Below are positions 8,936 to 20,000 of a DNA stretch of 64,000 bases, piece after piece. Below the pieces are notes generated by a model. It did no database searches, was not told where the DNA came from, and worked only from the letters and a program-made list of their open reading frames with translations. Source of the DNA: an uncultured virus (IMG/VR IMGVR_UViG_3300025613_000003) (Duplodnaviria > Heunggongvirae > Uroviricota > Caudoviricetes); the IMG/VR virus record IMGVR_UViG_3300025613_000003. One strand, written 5' to 3'. Position 1 is the first letter of the stretch. Each line of letters begins with the position of its first letter. Position numbers and translations under genes: made by a program.

Positions 8936-9102
8936 TACTGATGCTGTGGGCGGGGTTGTCGTCATGTTCTAAGACCTTGGTGCTGAATAACGGCGACTTG
9001 GTCCGGGCCAGGATACGCCACGGCAGCGAAGGCCCGGTATGCCGTGACAGCATCGGCAACGTAATCCCAAGCCACTACATTGATCGCGTAATAAAGAACT
9101 GA
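8917..9102 (+). CDS. Small putative lipoprotein
   Basis: Signal-like N-terminus ending in lipobox-like LSSC. Confidence 0.45.
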   Translation: MAKAYLILMLWAGLSSCSKTLVLNNGDLVRARIRHGSEGPVCRDSIGNVIPSHYIDRVIKN

Positions 9103-9103
9103 C

Positions 9104-9382
9104 ATGGCAAAAGAATCGGTACCGGACATGATCTGGAAGCGACATCTCGACATCGCCACAGCCCTTGTCGAAGGCGTCAAAATCGAGATCCGCTACGGCA
9201 ACGGCTTATTCGCAAGAGTGAGGGAAACGCCAAGACCGGGCGACACCATTTTGAAGGTGGAGTGCGTGAAGGTCCTGTCACCGGATCAAACAAGCCGGTG
9301 GGATGAAGCCTGGGATTTGTTGGTGGTGATACACGCTATTGAAACCGGAGAATACACACTTATCAAAACCAAGCCAAAATGA
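9104..9382 (+). CDS. Hypothetical protein
   Basis: Tightly packed ATG ORF. Confidence 0.6.
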   Translation: MAKESVPDMIWKRHLDIATALVEGVKIEIRYGNGLFARVRETPRPGDTILKVECVKVLSPDQTSRWDEAWDLLVVIHAIETGEYTLIKTKPK

Positions 9383-9570
9383 AAAAAGACGAGTACGTTG
9401 CCAAAACCGAGGAGTTTAAGAAAAAGCACGGAGCTAAGGCGGACAAGGTATCGTTGAAAAAGGACAGCAAGGGCTATTACTGCCATACCCACCGCGCCCG
9501 GAGCAAAAGCTATCGCAGCATCATGTCCATACCCGAAAGCGCAGTGGCCTTCATCAGCACAACGGGGTAA
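9379..9570 (+). CDS. Small basic phage protein
   Basis: ATGA overlap; YCHTHRARSKSY motif. Confidence 0.6.
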   Translation: MKKDEYVAKTEEFKKKHGAKADKVSLKKDSKGYYCHTHRARSKSYRSIMSIPESAVAFISTTG

Positions 9571-9584
9571 TTGTAGATCAGGAC

Positions 9585-9794
9585 ATGAATTCGCATATAG
9601 AATTTCTTCATAAAGAAATCGACAAGAGGGAAAACAAACTATTAGTTGATAAGTCGAATACGCTAATGGTAGAAAACGAATTTTGTAACGATTGCGGAAA
9701 TGAATTATGCGAATTGCATTTTCAACGATCAAAATTGTTACTGCAAGATGCCAACGATCTGAAGCGACTGAGGTCAATACTTCAAAACAACTGA
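9585..9794 (+). CDS. Hypothetical protein, possible Zn-binding
   Basis: CNDC...CELH. Confidence 0.5.
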   Translation: MNSHIEFLHKEIDKRENKLLVDKSNTLMVENEFCNDCGNELCELHFQRSKLLLQDANDLKRLRSILQNN

Positions 9795-9801
9795 ACTCAC
9801 G

Positions 9802-10050
9802 ATGACAACTGTAAGAATAGTCGATGCCAGCAATGGCCATGAATTTACCTCATTCAAAGAATTTGATGAGCAAAGCGCTAAAGCCGCGTTAGAAAAATTC
9901 GGAAACTATTTAATACGCAGAGTAGAAGTCACGGTACTCAACGAGCGCAACGGCCACGACCCCACTCTTGCTGATTTTATGAATGAGGGAATGGGGATGG
10001 AATGTAATTTTCAGGTCCTCGTCATGGTGCTGCCGCCGCTTGGGGCGTAG
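9802..10050 (+). CDS. Hypothetical protein
   Basis: Tightly packed ATG ORF. Confidence 0.55.
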   Translation: MTTVRIVDASNGHEFTSFKEFDEQSAKAALEKFGNYLIRRVEVTVLNERNGHDPTLADFMNEGMGMECNFQVLVMVLPPLGA

Positions 10051-10102
10051 CCACTGCGGTCATGGTCAAGAACAAAAAGCCATAGCATCGGCGTTAATCA
10101 AT

Positions 10103-10651
10103 ATGAATACCGAAGAACAACAGCAGATGCCGTCACCGGAGGTGACCGCAACAGCAGGAGCAGGGTTAGCCGAAGTAGCCCAAACCACCAGTCCCGAACA
10201 GAATGAAGTCAATGACCACGGCCAGGATCAGGACGAGGCTAAATCCAGCCCCGACCAAGCCGAAGCCAAGGCCGTTACTGCACAGGATCCGAATCCGGGC
10301 CGCGACGTCGATGCCAAGTACAAGGACTTGCGTCCGGTCCTGGTCGAGGACGACCCCGGCCACCGCTACATGATCCCGCTCTTTGAAAAGCCGGATCGTT
10401 TTCTCCTCCTGGAGTTCATCAAGAAAACCCCGGACCCGGAGGATACGACCCGGCTCCGAACCGAATACGATGGCACCACCAACGAGGCGGTTCTCGAAGC
10501 GTTGCTGATGCGATTGCGCCATCTCCAAATCCGCCGTCCCTGTCAGGAGAACCTGGAAGCAATTTCCGGCATCGTTCACGCCCTGGAGGCGTTGTACCAG
10601 CGCACCATGGACCGGCAAAGCCGCGGCGTTGAAGGACGCGAGTTGGCCTAA
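10103..10651 (+). CDS. Tad1-like (Thoeris anti-defence sponge) protein with disordered N-terminal extension
   Basis: GTTNEAVLEALLMRLRHLQ...PCQENLEAI...QRTMDRQSRGVEG matches the Tad1 pattern GxxNE..RL...CREN.A...RT.DR..RGVEG. Confidence 0.75.
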   Translation: MNTEEQQQMPSPEVTATAGAGLAEVAQTTSPEQNEVNDHGQDQDEAKSSPDQAEAKAVTAQDPNPGRDVDAKYKDLRPVLVEDDPGHRYMIPLFEKPDRFLLLEFIKKTPDPEDTTRLRTEYDGTTNEAVLEALLMRLRHLQIRRPCQENLEAISGIVHALEALYQRTMDRQSRGVEGRELA

Positions 10652-10715
10652 GCAAAACCCAAACCCTGAACCGGCGGCGGGGATCCGACACGCCGCCGGC
10701 TCTAAACCCAAGCCA

Positions 10716-11078
10716 ATGTCACAGAAGAAATCGCCTCGACTGCACTATGTTGATTACATTTTCCATTTTCAACAAGGGGCTTTGATAGAGGAAGAAGGCG
10801 CGGAGTTTCCGCTCACGGTCGAAATCGACAGCGCCGGTGCCGTGGTTCTAAATCAGGTCAGGGACAATGACCCGGATGCGGTAGTTACCAATATCAAGCA
10901 TTTGCGTAGATTGGTAAAGGCATTGGAGGATCATTTACCCAAAGCCGCCGCCCAATACAGACGTAAACGCGCAGGTGATCTGGAACGGGCAAGGCGAGAA
11001 AACGTTTTATATATGAAAATTCGCAAACTCGAAACCGAGTTGGAACAGCTCAAATCAGGGCGCAACCAAAAGTCATAA
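10716..11078 (+). CDS. Hypothetical protein with C-terminal coiled coil
   Basis: ATG downstream of the GC hairpin at 10671-10699. Confidence 0.55.
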   Translation: MSQKKSPRLHYVDYIFHFQQGALIEEEGAEFPLTVEIDSAGAVVLNQVRDNDPDAVVTNIKHLRRLVKALEDHLPKAAAQYRRKRAGDLERARRENVLYMKIRKLETELEQLKSGRNQKS

Positions 11079-11091
11079 AATCTGAACCGAA

Positions 11092-11310
11092 ATGGGAATC
11101 ATGGATGGTGCAAAGCAACTGCTGGTAAGGCAGGGCGTTAAGGCCAAAATTAAGGAGATCGCACAAAAGCAGGGGTGGCCACCAAGCCAGGTCTATGCCG
11201 TGATCAGAGCCGTTGATGACGGCGGCGATTTCCAAATGTTGCTGTACCGGAATGTGCCGGGACAGCCACCACAGTATGTGCGACCGCTGATACTATCGGA
11301 GTTGATATGA
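11092..11310 (+). CDS. Hypothetical protein
   Basis: Packed ATG ORF. Confidence 0.55.
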   Translation: MGIMDGAKQLLVRQGVKAKIKEIAQKQGWPPSQVYAVIRAVDDGGDFQMLLYRNVPGQPPQYVRPLILSELI

Positions 11311-11549
11311 TGCTGTTTCTGCTCCGGCTCGTCCGCGACATCGTCCGCGCCCTTGTAACGGCGGCGATGATGGTGTTGGTTTGCTACGCCGTAATCGCCG
11401 CCATACTGTTTGGCAACATGACCTATCCGTTTCGGTGCCGGGAAGGCGACACCTATAAGGAGGTCGGCGGCATCGTGTACCGGATCCACATCGACAAGAA
11501 CTGCGTTTGTGACACCATGGTTTATACCGACAAAAACCCAGGTAGATGA
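11307..11549 (+). CDS. Small membrane protein
   Basis: Hydrophobic N-terminal half; ATGA overlaps at both ends. Confidence 0.55.
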   Translation: MMLFLLRLVRDIVRALVTAAMMVLVCYAVIAAILFGNMTYPFRCREGDTYKEVGGIVYRIHIDKNCVCDTMVYTDKNPGR

Positions 11550-12121
11550 TATTCGATATGGCCTCGATATGGCAGATTAACAAAACCGTTTTCAAGAAAT
11601 TGTTTACGCCAAAGCCTACGGCCAAAGCCGCAACTGCCGTAGCGGCATCGGCATTTGATCAGGCCCTTGCGTTGTTGCCCTGGCGAAATCAAATCGCCGG
11701 CTATAACATCAAGTCCCTGATCTCAGGAAACGATTATGAAGTTGCGATCATGCCAAGTTACGGCAATGGCATATCCCTATACTTAAAGAGAGAAAACGGT
11801 AAGGTTTTGGCAAGGATTACAAGAAATGTGCAGTTCCAATTTGTAATTTCATCGGGCGAAGCCAATCCGCATTGGAGAATTTGGTTTGGAACAACACCGA
11901 TTGATGATAGCTTTGGCGTATTTGATATTTCCAATCAACTAATTGACATTAACAGCGCGACCGAATTGAATGATATGTTTCAACGATACCGGCGAATTGG
12001 ACTGGAGTTTGAAAAAGACGGCTTCGGCACATACAGGACAAGTCCATCACTGCTACGGCAGAGAATTGAATCCGAACGAAGTCAAAAACTGGATCAGATC
12101 AGAGCCTTATTTGCAAAGTAA
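11546..12121 (+). CDS. Hypothetical protein (distant paralogue of 12131)
   Basis: VAIMPSYGNG...FGTYR versus VEILPYHRNG...FGNYR. Confidence 0.6.
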   Translation: MIFDMASIWQINKTVFKKLFTPKPTAKAATAVAASAFDQALALLPWRNQIAGYNIKSLISGNDYEVAIMPSYGNGISLYLKRENGKVLARITRNVQFQFVISSGEANPHWRIWFGTTPIDDSFGVFDISNQLIDINSATELNDMFQRYRRIGLEFEKDGFGTYRTSPSLLRQRIESERSQKLDQIRALFAK

Positions 12122-12130
12122 AAACCGAGA

Positions 12131-12778
12131 ATGATGAAACTGTTTCAAAGAATAAGGTCATGGCTTGGACTCGCCGATGCCCCGCCACAGAATCAAACAC
12201 AATCTCGCTCGGTATCGGATGATCGATTACAAAAAGTAGTTGACTTGGCGGTTCGAGAAGGCGAGGCGTTTCAGCGTATTCGCAACCGCTACGGCGTGAG
12301 AGTTAAATACAAGATCGCCGGCCTTGATCTGGTCATGAACGATGCGTTTTGCGGGGTCGAGATCTTGCCCTATCACCGCAACGGCCTGACCTGTACGGCG
12401 ACGATTCATCACGGCAGATACGACCGTTACGGCCTGATGCCGAATCGAACCACGTTGTTTGTACTCAGGGATAGCGGCGGCCAAAGATATTGGGAGGTCA
12501 TGGTGAAAAAATTTTTCACGACCGAAACCGACACCTGGCATTATTGCGGAGCCAAAATATGTAACGGTATATTTCGATTTGAATCCGTGCTACAACTGTA
12601 CGATGAGTTGGGGTTTTTGGTCAAAGACAACGTACCGGGCGTTGTCGATTTCGGAAACTACCGAATCGACACCGATCACAAAGCCAAGACCGAGGCGTTG
12701 TATCGGCAACAGGCCAGTCAGATGGCGAGTGAGGTGGGATCTGCTTGGGAAAGTCATGTCAAAACCGAGGCGCAATGA
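12131..12778 (+). CDS. Hypothetical protein
   Basis: 215-aa ORF, paralogue of the preceding gene. Confidence 0.6.
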   Translation: MMKLFQRIRSWLGLADAPPQNQTQSRSVSDDRLQKVVDLAVREGEAFQRIRNRYGVRVKYKIAGLDLVMNDAFCGVEILPYHRNGLTCTATIHHGRYDRYGLMPNRTTLFVLRDSGGQRYWEVMVKKFFTTETDTWHYCGAKICNGIFRFESVLQLYDELGFLVKDNVPGVVDFGNYRIDTDHKAKTEALYRQQASQMASEVGSAWESHVKTEAQ

Positions 12779-13950
12779 AGAACATTCAGAACTATGTTGA
12801 CCGTATCAACGGCGGTGACGGCGTGTTGCAGTACGGGCGCAAGACCAAGTTAAACATTCTCTTTGTCAGGCCGGATCTGAGCGGGAGCTGTTACTACCGC
12901 ATGATACTACCCGGCATTCACCTCCAGGGCTTGGTACTTGATCCGGGCGATGTCCACTACGGCAAGGTATCGGTAGCCTTTACCAATATCGAACCCTATA
13001 ACGTGACCAAGCGGTATCGGGTCGCTGACCCGGTTTCGTTGACGGCGAGGCAGATTATCTGGGCCGATACGATTGTCTTTCCATTTCTCACCGCCGATCT
13101 GTACGAGGTATTCAATCAGATCAAGCGCATTAACGCCTCGGCGCAGATCGTGTTCCATGTCGATTTCGATCCCGAGCTGGTGCCGGCATCCAGTCCGTAT
13201 AAGGAGGCGTTTAACGACATCGCCGTGGGCAACATCTACCGCAACATGGAGGCGGCAGACGCCGTGGCTGTGACATCGGTCGCCTTGGCAAATCATCTCT
13301 GCGAAAAACTCAATACCGGCGTTGCTCCTGACGGTAAGATCCACATCGCCGCCATTGCCAACAGCCACAACATCAGCATGCAGGACGCCGGCATCAGCGT
13401 CATTGCGAATTCAACCTTTCACATGGTCGTGATGGCGGATTCGCAGCAGCTTCAGGACTTGAAAGCATGCCGTGACGACATCACCGCCATAAAGGACAAG
13501 TACCTGAGCCGGATCCGCATCACCGTCTTTGGCGGCAACGACAAGAACCCGGATTTTATCGAGGCCACGAAGGGGTACGCGCACGACACCGTGAAGCCAA
13601 CGGGGCTGTATCAATACTATAAAAGCCTGGTGGCGTTACGCCCCGACCTGATCTATATCCCGGTTGAGGACAGCCCCAGATCACAGCGTCAGAACGGGTT
13701 GAAGCGATTCATTGACGCCGCCATGATGCGGACGCCGATAATGGCCAGGAATCTGCCGCCTTTTACGGGCGTGATACAGCCTGGGGCGGCGGCGATTTAT
13801 GACGATCAGGCTCAGGCGTTGGAAATGGTGGAGATGGCGATGAATGACGGGGTCAGGACCAAGATGGGCGATACCGCCCACTATCAATACCGATCCGGTT
13901 TTAGCTTTGGCGATGACGTGCTGCAGTCGTGGCTAAACATTTACGGATAA
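12775..13950 (+). CDS. Glycosyltransferase (GT-B fold-like)
   Basis: SGSCYYRMILP, FHVDFD, ADAVAVTS and K(R)FIDAAMMRTPI motifs typical of phage GT-B enzymes. Confidence 0.7.
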   Translation: MKNIQNYVDRINGGDGVLQYGRKTKLNILFVRPDLSGSCYYRMILPGIHLQGLVLDPGDVHYGKVSVAFTNIEPYNVTKRYRVADPVSLTARQIIWADTIVFPFLTADLYEVFNQIKRINASAQIVFHVDFDPELVPASSPYKEAFNDIAVGNIYRNMEAADAVAVTSVALANHLCEKLNTGVAPDGKIHIAAIANSHNISMQDAGISVIANSTFHMVVMADSQQLQDLKACRDDITAIKDKYLSRIRITVFGGNDKNPDFIEATKGYAHDTVKPTGLYQYYKSLVALRPDLIYIPVEDSPRSQRQNGLKRFIDAAMMRTPIMARNLPPFTGVIQPGAAAIYDDQAQALEMVEMAMNDGVRTKMGDTAHYQYRSGFSFGDDVLQSWLNIYG

Positions 13951-14065
13951 CCACAAAATACCGTGTTTTACCATGCCACAACCGCAAAGAATCGAAAAAA
14001 CCGCGTTACGGCCTAGATGGTAAAAAACGGTAGGTTATGATTCAGTGAAAAAAAAGCAGAAATGT

Positions 14066-14097
14066 GTTGCTATGCCATGGTTTTGCACTTATTTTTG
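14066..14097 (+). promoter_or_regulatory. Possible Bacteroidota-type sigma-A promoter
   Basis: TATTTTTG (TAnnTTTG, -7 box) at 14090-14097 with TTG upstream, ahead of the giant-gene operon. Confidence 0.35.
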
Positions 14098-14115
14098 GCA
14101 TGAGCAGGGTCGGAA

Positions 14116-17079
14116 ATGAAACCAAAAGCCGTTGAACTTTTTTCAGGTTCGGGGGACCTTGCTGGCAATAGCGAAGGCCCGAATCCGCACGTCCAGGCCA
14201 AGGCTCAATCCAATTCCAAGGCCGAAACCCTTTCCCGCCCGAGAACGATATGGGCAAACCGCATGGTTTTTGAAGTCGGGGACTTGCTTACTAAATCACA
14301 ACAAGCCGATTCCGATTTTCTCAAATACAGACTGGAGCAGGAGCGCCTTTTTGAACGTGACGAAATCGCCGAGGAAACATTCAATGAAAACCTAGACGAA
14401 AAATTACTGGATGAGGTATCGGCGCTTTTGGGCGGCATCAAGTACGCAAAGATTGACGACCTCAGAATTGAGGTCAGGATCGCCGACCATGAAGCGGCGT
14501 TGTCCCGGCAAGGGCCGGAGCAACTATCGTATGTGATAAGTCACCGGGTTCAAAGCAAAGGCAGCAACAACACCTACTTTGACGGAAACTTTGACGAACC
14601 CGGCGATGTCGTGTATAAAATCTTGTCCGATGTTGACGCCGTCAAGGCCAAGCTACCGGGCGAGGACGAAGTCGAGGACGAAATGAGGGACGGCGGCATG
14701 GTCAAGGGTCCGAGCCACGACAACGGCGGGGTCAAGTTCAGGGTAGAGGATACGGGCCAGTTGGTCGAGGTCGAGGGCAGTGAGCCGGTGATAACACACC
14801 GAGCCATGCAGAGCCAGGACGTGATCGAACTGGAGGGAACGAATTTGGAGGTGCTGAACGAGATCAATACCAGGTTCGGAGGCAAGACCATGACCGATCC
14901 CGTGACTTCGCTTAGTGGCGGCGACACCGTCATTTGTAAGGTCAGCGCAAAGGACAAGACCCGGCGCAAGTTCAAGGGGACGCCGCGGCAGATCGTGAGC
15001 GCGATCAATGAAAGCGGCGGCTGCAAAGTCATTGACCCGGATCGAGCCGGATCGGTAGTGAAGGAGATGGGGCGTGGTGGCGTCACGGCAGCACCGGATC
15101 TGATTGAGCAATGGCTTGACGATGCCATCGCCTATCATCGCCACTACGGCACGGAGCCGCCCCGATACAGTGTTGAAGCCGTTGCCAAAGAGCCGGAGCT
15201 ATTGCAGAAGCTGGCCTTTACCTCCTACATCTACCGAGAGTTATTTGGCCTTGCCCCGGCTAGTGACCAGGTCGAAGCCGAAGCCGAAACCGAACCGGCA
15301 CAGGTAAGGCCGGGACAAGGCGATGACGTAGGCGATATAGCCGCCAGGTTTGGTCTTGACCGAGCCGTTGTAGAGGATCAGGTCAATATCGGCACAAGGC
15401 ATGAGCTGGAGCATACCCAGGATCCGGCGATTGCGAGAAAGATAGCCTTGGATCATTTACGTGAGCGACCGGACTACTATCTGCGACTTCGTGAAATGGA
15501 GTTGAAGCCGGTGGTTATGGAGGCTTTTCCAAGACCCATCGCCCATGCCGGGGCCGGTGCTGTGATCGGCACCGCCGCAGCGCATCTACACCATGTAATG
15601 CCGATGCCGCCAATTATTGTCGATGCCAAAATGAGTGGCGGCGGCGAAATCATAATCGATCCGGTACCGACCGAACCCAAGGTTCCGAATCTACTTTTTC
15701 CCGAATCCAGACCCGACCACGGCGGTGCCAGGGCGGCGATAACGATTTTAAGACGAGAGCGGATGCCAAGACTGAGCCGCGGCGGAGAATTGGTAGGAGC
15801 GGCAAATAAGTTGATGAGGTTTCTCGAAAAATTTGATACCGAATTTGAACTCGGGTTATCGGCCTCCGAACAGGGGTTCGTTAGAAAAATGGTTTCGGAA
15901 CTGAGATCGGGGGTTATCTACAACAAGACCCAGGTTGAAAAGTTGGCCGCAACTTATGGGATCAGCCAACAAAATCTTGCCAAGGAGCTAACGGAACTCG
16001 CAATCATCGTCCTGTCCCGGTCAATTATCAGCAGCGGCGGCGGCATAGAAAATGTTTTTTACAAATTGGTTGAGCTATATCAGATTCAGCCAAACCTAAG
16101 CCATCGCACCAGCCTGTCCACGATACTGCAGCAATACAGCACCCCGGCCCCCATGGCGTATCTGATGGGAAAATTCTGTGAGAAAAAGTATCAGTATTGG
16201 ATCAATAGCGCAGAGGGTTTGGGTACGATTGAGTCCGCGCTTAGGGTTTCGATTGAAAAGAACTATACCAATAAGGCCCGATTATTAAATTCGGAAACTG
16301 GTAAGTGGGGCGAATACGTGATGAAGCCATCGGGCGATAACCGGTTTTGGTTTGAACCCGATTCCGACAACGGCGACAAGGCCAAAGCCCTTGCATTTGC
16401 TGAAGTCGTTGCCATGACCCGAGCCGGATCGCTTGTTTTCGACTATTCCGACCCCCCTCAATATCTCGAAACCAGTGCGGGCAACGGCATGCTCACGATC
16501 TGGGCGAACCCGGCAGAATTTACCGTGAACGAAATCGATTCCGATCGATTAAGAAATCTCGCCTATCAACGGTTTGGCAAAATCACCAGCGTTGACGCCA
16601 GCGTTCCGAACAAGATCTGGCCGGACCGGGTTTATGACGCGGTTTTAACCAATCCTCCCTTTGGCTCGATTGAGGCACAGTCTTTTACCGGATACAAAAT
16701 CAAAGCCTTGGAGTTCGTGATGGCTCTGCTCACCCTGGAGAAAATGAGCCAGGACGGTAAGGCGGCAATAATTTGTGGCGGCACGACCCAATACGATAGC
16801 GCAGGCAGAATCAGAGCCGGGAAAGACCGCGAATTCATCAGCTACCTATACAGTCGATACAATGTCGTGGACATGATCAACATGGACGGGAAAAAACTGT
16901 ATCAAAAAATGGGTACTGGTTTTGACGTGAGGATTTTCCTTATTGACGGCGTGTATAACCGACCCGAACCCAACTACCCGCCGTTAAAAACACAAACACT
17001 ACCTTCCGACACGGTACTGAGCGATGCCAAGATCACGACTTGGCGAGAGTATTGGAACCGGATGAAACAACACCTATAA
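14116..17079 (+). CDS. Polyvalent protein with C-terminal DarB-like N6-adenine methyltransferase
   Basis: QYSTP, LETSAGNG, NEID, LTNPPFG; also GGMVKGPSHDNGGV domain and DUF5661-like ELEH..D..IA..IALDHL.E.PDYY. Confidence 0.8.
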   Translation: MKPKAVELFSGSGDLAGNSEGPNPHVQAKAQSNSKAETLSRPRTIWANRMVFEVGDLLTKSQQADSDFLKYRLEQERLFERDEIAEETFNENLDEKLLDEVSALLGGIKYAKIDDLRIEVRIADHEAALSRQGPEQLSYVISHRVQSKGSNNTYFDGNFDEPGDVVYKILSDVDAVKAKLPGEDEVEDEMRDGGMVKGPSHDNGGVKFRVEDTGQLVEVEGSEPVITHRAMQSQDVIELEGTNLEVLNEINTRFGGKTMTDPVTSLSGGDTVICKVSAKDKTRRKFKGTPRQIVSAINESGGCKVIDPDRAGSVVKEMGRGGVTAAPDLIEQWLDDAIAYHRHYGTEPPRYSVEAVAKEPELLQKLAFTSYIYRELFGLAPASDQVEAEAETEPAQVRPGQGDDVGDIAARFGLDRAVVEDQVNIGTRHELEHTQDPAIARKIALDHLRERPDYYLRLREMELKPVVMEAFPRPIAHAGAGAVIGTAAAHLHHVMPMPPIIVDAKMSGGGEIIIDPVPTEPKVPNLLFPESRPDHGGARAAITILRRERMPRLSRGGELVGAANKLMRFLEKFDTEFELGLSASEQGFVRKMVSELRSGVIYNKTQVEKLAATYGISQQNLAKELTELAIIVLSRSIISSGGGIENVFYKLVELYQIQPNLSHRTSLSTILQQYSTPAPMAYLMGKFCEKKYQYWINSAEGLGTIESALRVSIEKNYTNKARLLNSETGKWGEYVMKPSGDNRFWFEPDSDNGDKAKALAFAEVVAMTRAGSLVFDYSDPPQYLETSAGNGMLTIWANPAEFTVNEIDSDRLRNLAYQRFGKITSVDASVPNKIWPDRVYDAVLTNPPFGSIEAQSFTGYKIKALEFVMALLTLEKMSQDGKAAIICGGTTQYDSAGRIRAGKDREFISYLYSRYNVVDMINMDGKKLYQKMGTGFDVRIFLIDGVYNRPEPNYPPLKTQTLPSDTVLSDAKITTWREYWNRMKQHL

Positions 17080-17085
17080 ACCGTA

Positions 17086-20000
17086 ATGGAAACACAGGAT
17101 AAAGTACAGGTACAGAACGCCGACATCGGCACCAATCAGTACGAACCCATATCGGACATTTGCCGGAGCCTTGACACCGTGGTTCCGGCGGCGATGCGGT
17201 ACGAGCTACACCGCGCCATGGCCACGATTGACCGCAGGGTCAATGACGTTGACGAATACGTGGCGCAGAAGCTCGGCTACATCATGGGCGCATGCGGAAT
17301 GGATGAACGTGAGTACGGCCTGAAGTGCTTGTGTGATGCCTTCGGAGCCGAACAGGTTGACGGCATAGCGGCGGCGATATACAACATTGAGCAGCGAGGT
17401 CAGGCCGTTATCATCGGCGACCAAACCGGAATCGGAAAAGGCCGTCAGGCCGCTGGCGTGATACGATACGCAATGCGTATGGGCAAGCAGCCGATTTTCA
17501 TCACGGAGAAACCGAATCTGTTTAGCGACATCCTGCGCGACCTGATTGAAATCGGAAGCGATGACGCCATCCCGATGAAGTTCATGGAGGGATACAAAGA
17601 GGTGAAGAAAACCGGGGATGAGGGAGATGACGATGGCGATGGCGATGACGAGGAGGATGATCAAGACGAGGTCAACACCACCCTGATCAAGAAAGAGGTT
17701 TATCGCCCGAATCCGGCTTACGACAAGCAGATCCGTGGCCGAAAAATGGTGAAACCGTTTATCCTGAACTCGGGCATAAAAGCCAGCGCAAAGGATGAGA
17801 ACGGAAACATCATTTACGAGAGCGCACCCGCTACGGTAAGGAATAACGCAATCGAGAACAGGACGATACCAAAGCAATACGGATGCGTATTCGCCACCTA
17901 TTCTCAGTTTCGGGGCGCAATCGTAACGGAGAAAATGCAGTGGTTGTTGGCCGTGGCCAAGGACAACATCATCATCCTGGACGAAAGCCATAACGCAAGC
18001 GGAGCCAGTAATACCGGAGCGTTTTTGGCCGAGGTTCTGAAAGGAACGCAAGGCGTGGTATTCCTGTCCGCTACTTTTGCGAAGCGACCAGATAACATGC
18101 CGATTTACGCCACCAAGACCGCAATACAGGACGCGAACATGACCAGTACGGCCTTGATCTCAGCGATTGAACGCGGCGGTACCGCATTACAGGAGATATT
18201 GTCGGCGCAGCTCGTGAACGAGGGCCAGATGATTCGGCGTGAGCGCAGTTTTGAAGGTATCGAGGTCAACTACGTCTATATGGACAAGAGCCAGGACGAT
18301 GGCGACAAACCCTACCTGAATCTGGAGGACGAACAAAAGGCCGTGTTTGACATGGCAACGGCGGTGATTCGGGATATTATCGATTTCCAAAAAAATTACG
18401 TCCGACCCGCCGTAGCGGCAATGAATGATGACTTAAGAGGCAGGCAGGGTGAAGCCGGCATAACCAAGGGTACGGAATCAGCCGGGGTTTCGATGCCGCC
18501 GGAATTCAGCGGCGTTTTCAATATCATCAATCAACTCCTGTTCAGCGTCAAGGCCGATGGCGTGGCTCAACTCATTATTGACCGACTTCGACAGGGCAAG
18601 TCCGTGATCTGCGCCTTTGCCAACACCATGGAATCCTTTTTGGACAACATGGAGCATGAGGACGGAACCGGGGTTGAAGTCGGCGACAAAATCAATGCCG
18701 ACTTCAGCGTGGTGCTGAGAAAAAGGCTGGACGGGGTATTGCGCTATACCGTAAAGATCCCGGGACAGGACAATGAACAGGAACGAATTGACCCCGTGAC
18801 CTTGCCGGGGGACGGCTACGATGTTTACAAAAGCATCATGGCCAAGATCAGCCAGATGTCGGTCGGGATCACGATGTCGCCAATTGATTACGTTGTGGAA
18901 AAGATCGAACGTGCCGGATTCAGGGTTGGCGAGGTCACGGGAAGAAAAAACCGGGTCAAATTCAGCGCTGATTTTTCACAGGCGACCATGCAGCGCCGTG
19001 ACCAAATCACCGCCACCGATGCCTTCCGTAAATTCAACGACAACGAACTCGATGTGCTGATGATTAACCAAAGCGGAAGCACGGGGTCGTCAGCACAGGC
19101 CAAGGCGACCAAGCGGGTTCCGGCTGACAAGGTCCGTCAGCGTTGTATGGTAATTCTCCAAGCCGAACTGAACATCAACACCGAGGTTCAGAAACGTGGC
19201 CGCATCAACCGCACGGGTCAAATACTGAAACCGATTTACGATTACGCCATTTCGGCGGTACCGGCGGAGATGCGGTTGATGATGATGCTGCAGAAAAAGC
19301 TGAAAAGCCTTGACGCCAACACGACATCGAATCAGAAGCAGAGCCGAAAAGTATTGGACACCGTTGATTTTCTAAACAAGTACGGGGACGACCTCACCGT
19401 GGAATACTTGGTTGAGAATCAGGACATAATCAGGTTGATTGGTGATCCGCTGAAAATGCTCAATGAGAACGGCGGTCTTGTTGACCTGGGCAGCGTTGAC
19501 AAAACCGATGCCGCACACCGCGTCAGTGGCCGGGTCGCGATATTACCGATTGAGGATCAGGAGCGATTTTACCGGGAAATGACGGATCGGTATCTGTCAC
19601 AGGTTGAATACCTGAAAGAAATCGGCGAATACGACCTGGAGGTGGAGTACTACAACCTTGAAGCCGAAACGATAGAGCGCCAGGTCATCGTCCAGGGCAA
19701 GCCCGGGGCAACCACCGCGTTTGGCCGCAACACCGTCCTGGAAAAGTGTTGGTGCAACAACCTGAGAAAGCCGTTTGTGGCAAAGGATTTACGCGCCATC
19801 ATTGACCGCTATCTCGGGGGAAGATCAGCCGAGGACGTGGCCTCGCAGCAAATCCAGAAGATGAAAACCTTCATGGAGGAACAGGCTAAAATGAACTTTA
19901 ATGACTTGATTGCGAGAAGGGATGAGGAGGAAAAGAAGGTCGTTAATGAAAAATCGTACCGTAACCTGAAAACCGATGCCGAAAAGGAAAAGTATCTCAA

